Virus record (IMG/VR): IMGVR_UViG_3300021185_000238
Span: 1-58,830 of that record
Direction: 5' to 3' (one strand)
DNA length: 58,830 nt
Source of the DNA: a virus
Taxonomy: Duplodnaviria; Caudoviricetes
Below the pieces are notes generated by a model. The model was given only the letters and a program-made list of their open reading frames with translations, was not told the DNA's origin and did no database searches. The position numbers were made by a program, and so were the translations under genes. Positions 53,196 through 58,830 of the stretch are shown one piece after another (the stretch's first letter is position 1; the number at the start of each line of letters is the position of its first letter).

Positions 53196-54785
53196 TTACT
53201 GACCCATCATATTTTCTAGCATGCCAGTCATTTTTTCCATTAAACTTGAATATTGCATAGTAGCATCTAATATCTTTTGATCTAATATCTTTAGTTCTGC
53301 TTTAGCAGCCGCAATACGCTCTCGACCTTTATCAGAATTTAGGTTCTGAGCATTGCGGAGTTCAGAATCAATCCGCGCTCGAGTTAGCTCCTGAGATTTG
53401 AGTAGCATGTCCTCAGTCTTCTGTATAGCGCCTGCTTGCGCTACAATCATACTATTGAGCTGTTGGAGGGTTAACGATTCTTGCGTTAGTTTTCTTGTAT
53501 CTTCAGCTACTTGCGCTTGTACTGCACGTAATATGTTTCCCATCTTACCTTGGTCGTACTTGATGTCGTTAGCAAACCTCTGTTCTCGGGCAGCAATATC
53601 TGCGCTACTCAGACCTTTTAGGCTATCAAACGCTTTACTCTGCATCTCTGCGTATACCTTAAACGCGTCAGCAGCCCCAGCGTCTGCATCTTTAAGTAAA
53701 TTTAACGTAGCTACATTCTTTTCATTAGTCATTTTTCTTACGCGGTCTATACGTTCTTGATCGCCTTTTGCTCTGTTGGCCGCTAACTTATTCTGGGCTA
53801 TAGTAGACCCTCGAACACCGCCTAGAGCCATGCCACGCAGTATGGCATTCCTGTCATCTTTTTTCATTTTAGCTGGGTCTGTAGCAGAAGCGTCAAGTTT
53901 TTTCTGTTCGTCTATCTGTCTCTGTAATTCAGCTTGGATACCGACGCCTTCGTAGCGTTTTGTCAGGCGATCACGTTCCTTGGTCTTCTCCTCCTCAATA
54001 TCCTTACTAGCCATTTCGCGTTGCGCGGCAATTGCCTTTGGCCCCATAGCGTCTGACACTTCTGTAGTATCGCTACGCAAAATCTCTTTATTAATATCGG
54101 ATTTGTCTACACCATACTCTTTTAGGCGATCATCCACACTCTTACTTGTGGTAGAAGTAGAAGTTGTAGTTTTGTTTATGGGGCGTGCACCTGTACCACC
54201 TGTACCACCTGTACCACCGTATTTCGACTGCGCCTGTTTAAGTGCCATAGCGGTCATTTGTTTGGGCGTAAGGGCGGGGCCTGCGTAAGTACCCTGCTGA
54301 GGCTGGGCTGTTTGATTAAGTATCTGGAGCGCCGACTGGCTAGTACCCCCACCGGCTTGAAACCCTACGATTCCGCCTTGCGCCATATTCCGCATGTTAG
54401 GACGTGGATTATTGGCAATACCCTGTGGCATGGGACGCTGCCCCTGTTGAGGAAGTCGAGGGCGTGGATTACTGGCAATACCCTGTGGCATGGGACGCTG
54501 CCCCTGTAAATTTTGAGGTATATTTCCAACTCTGGCTGCTCTATCCATCATGCTGTCCCTACTACCAGAAACTAAGCTTTTTTCGTACTGATCTTTAATT
54601 GACGAGGGCTGCTTACCCTCTCGAAGCATAACGGCTTTGGACAACGCTTCTTTCTCTTCCATCAATTGCTGGTAGGCGATTAAGTCTGCCAAGTCTTTAC
54701 TGACTTTATATCTTTCATCTAAGACTTCGGGATTACCTCGATACGCCTTAACGGTACGGTCTACCTTGGTACTGAAATTGCTCAT
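53196..54785 (-). CDS. putative internal virion protein (coiled-coil)
   Basis: 529 aa, helical; duplicated QGQRPMPQGIA.NPRP, then MAQGGIVGFQAGG. Confidence 0.7.
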   Translation of the reverse strand: MSNFSTKVDRTVKAYRGNPEVLDERYKVSKDLADLIAYQQLMEEKEALSKAVMLREGKQPSSIKDQYEKSLVSGSRDSMMDRAARVGNIPQNLQGQRPMPQGIASNPRPRLPQQGQRPMPQGIANNPRPNMRNMAQGGIVGFQAGGGTSQSALQILNQTAQPQQGTYAGPALTPKQMTAMALKQAQSKYGGTGGTGGTGARPINKTTTSTSTTSKSVDDRLKEYGVDKSDINKEILRSDTTEVSDAMGPKAIAAQREMASKDIEEEKTKERDRLTKRYEGVGIQAELQRQIDEQKKLDASATDPAKMKKDDRNAILRGMALGGVRGSTIAQNKLAANRAKGDQERIDRVRKMTNEKNVATLNLLKDADAGAADAFKVYAEMQSKAFDSLKGLSSADIAAREQRFANDIKYDQGKMGNILRAVQAQVAEDTRKLTQESLTLQQLNSMIVAQAGAIQKTEDMLLKSQELTRARIDSELRNAQNLNSDKGRERIAAAKAELKILDQKILDATMQYSSLMEKMTGMLENMMGQ

Positions 54786-56556
54786 GTGTTTATCCCTAGT
54801 AATTTTAATAAATCTTCTACGCCTGCGGTGCCTTTGGCCAGTTCGCTTGCACTGCTAGGCCCAGTATAATAGTTTGACTGTGCTTCGAGGGGTAAGCTTT
54901 GCAACAATGACTGCATGTACTGTACTTGCTTGTAGGGGTAGTCTCGCTCTTCTCTGAACTGCGCGTAGTCTGCGGCCATACCTTCAGACTCGATACCTCT
55001 CTGGATAGCGCCAAGCCCCTCCTGCTGTGCCATAACATCAAACCCATACTTATTACGGGCGGCTTGCTCTTTGTTATACTGATCTCGCGCTACATCGTAC
55101 GCGGTTTCATACCCTTTACCTGTTATGCCCGCAAGATTTGTTTGTAGGTTGCGTAGCCCTTCTGATTCCATAATAGCCTGACGAGAACCACCGAAACCAC
55201 CTGCGCGAGTAAGTCGGCCTGCGGCAGCTACACGGTCTATCTCTGCTTGCCTACGGGCTTCGTCCAACTGAGGGTTAAGCGACGCCATAAGGTATGGATT
55301 CATATACTGTTGCGCTTGGTCTGCGCCGAAACTAGCTATGCCCATGTTAGCGGTGTCCGCATCTAACCCTCCTGCGGTAGTAAACGCCTGCTCTTGTAAG
55401 TCTGATGCTCCGGCACTGAGTGGCCCTGTATAGGCTTCATACCCAGTATCTGCTAGCGCCGCGCCTCTACCCAGCATGTCGGTGACATAGTCGCCCGCCC
55501 AGCTAGATAGGGAGGACTCAAACCCTGCGTTAGCGCCGCCTTCTTCAGGGATAGTATCAAATATACTATCAGTAGAACCGCCTGTACCACCAGTACCTGT
55601 ACCACCAGTACCTGTACCACCAGTACCTGTACCACCAGTACCTGTACCACCAGTACCTGTACCACCAGTAGTAGTCACGGGGTCTGTAGTCACGGGGTCT
55701 TGGGAGCCGGTATTAAATTTTTGTACGGGGCCGCCGTTGTTATATGCCTGTGCAATTCCGCCTTGAGCCATCTTAGGCATAAACTTGTTAGGGTCTATTT
55801 GTTTACCCTGCTCGGAATTACCAGTCCGTGCCTTACGTATACCGTCCATCATACCGTGTAACTGCTCTGCACCTGCATCAGAATTGCCGTTACCTAAGTG
55901 ACTTACTACATCAGCGGGAATAACGAACTCGCCGTCACTAAGACGGGCTTCTTGCGTACCATCAATAGTTGCGGGAACTTCGTCAGCCATGCCGTCAGTC
56001 TTACCGCCTAGGTAGTAACCCTTGTGCGCGGAGGCTATACCACCTGCCGCCATAGTAATCACGGGGTCTGTAGTCACGGGGTCTTGGGAGCCGGTATCAT
56101 TGGTGTCTGTACGGGTGTTAGCATCTACGGGTACAGGGGCGTTAGGGTCTAAGAATCTTTTGGACAGCACTTCGTCCTGAGTAGCTATCGGATTAGTAGA
56201 CAACTCTTGTGCGTAGTCTTGACTCAGCGTTTTAGCTTGTTCAAGCGTAAGAGGAACCTTATCTTCGGGCGTCTGTGCAAATATAGTGTCAGAAAAGTAT
56301 CTACGCCCCGATTCGCCGGGCCGTCTAGGAACTTGACCCGCAACAGGAGCGGGCATAGGCACACGGTCTCGTACAGCAGTATATTCTGGAATCTTGCCCT
56401 GATACCCTACTTGAGGAGTTTTAGTCGCAAACTCATCTTTAGCTAGGTACCCCAACCCTAAATTAAATAGGTTTCCCCCAAACTCACTGTCAATAAAATC
56501 TTGTCCGATGTCTATTGCTGACCCGACGCCGTCTACTATATCGCTGAACCAACCCA

Positions 56557-56557
<1 letters not shown>
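54782..56557 (-). CDS. putative internal virion / DNA pilot protein
   Basis: 591 aa; GKTDGMADEVPA...ARLSDGEFVIPADVV domain, (GTGGT)n, and YMNPY...AGGFGGSRQ. Confidence 0.7.

Positions 56558-58830
<2,273 letters not shown>

Overview
The window looks like an essentially complete ~58.8 kb genome of a tailed dsDNA phage, probably podovirus-like and aquatic. It is opened inside a low-complexity gene: bases 1-34 equal bases 58797-58830, and the reading frame runs across the join. There are two divergent arms. The minus arm (25538 down to 1, continuing from 58830 to 45470) carries terminase, portal, GroES, scaffold, major capsid, small basic proteins, adaptors, tail fibre, an accessory fibre cassette, lysis genes, a tail protein and four very large putative internal (ejected) virion proteins. 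The plus arm (25938-45377) carries early genes (including a MoxR-like AAA ATPase and a vWA/metallopeptidase pair) and replication genes (family A DNA polymerase with Leu762, PD-(D/E)XK nuclease, SNF2 helicase, SSB-like proteins, primase-helicase). I saw no integrase, tRNA or CRISPR array. Best candidates for novel biology: (1) a tightly coupled cassette of a mucin-like Thr/Ser-rich fibre plus two glycosyltransferase-like genes, possibly a virion glycosylation system; (2) a ~240-nt heavily base-paired non-coding region between an HNH-like gene and the helicase; (3) a recurring [MFYK]-x-x-GG motif shared by seven putative virion proteins; (4) an 18-bp palindromic leader placed 22 nt before early start codons, one copy with symmetric substitutions; (5) a repeat-rich control/origin region at 25.6-27.6 kb. 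All product calls come from motif recognition by eye, with no database search.
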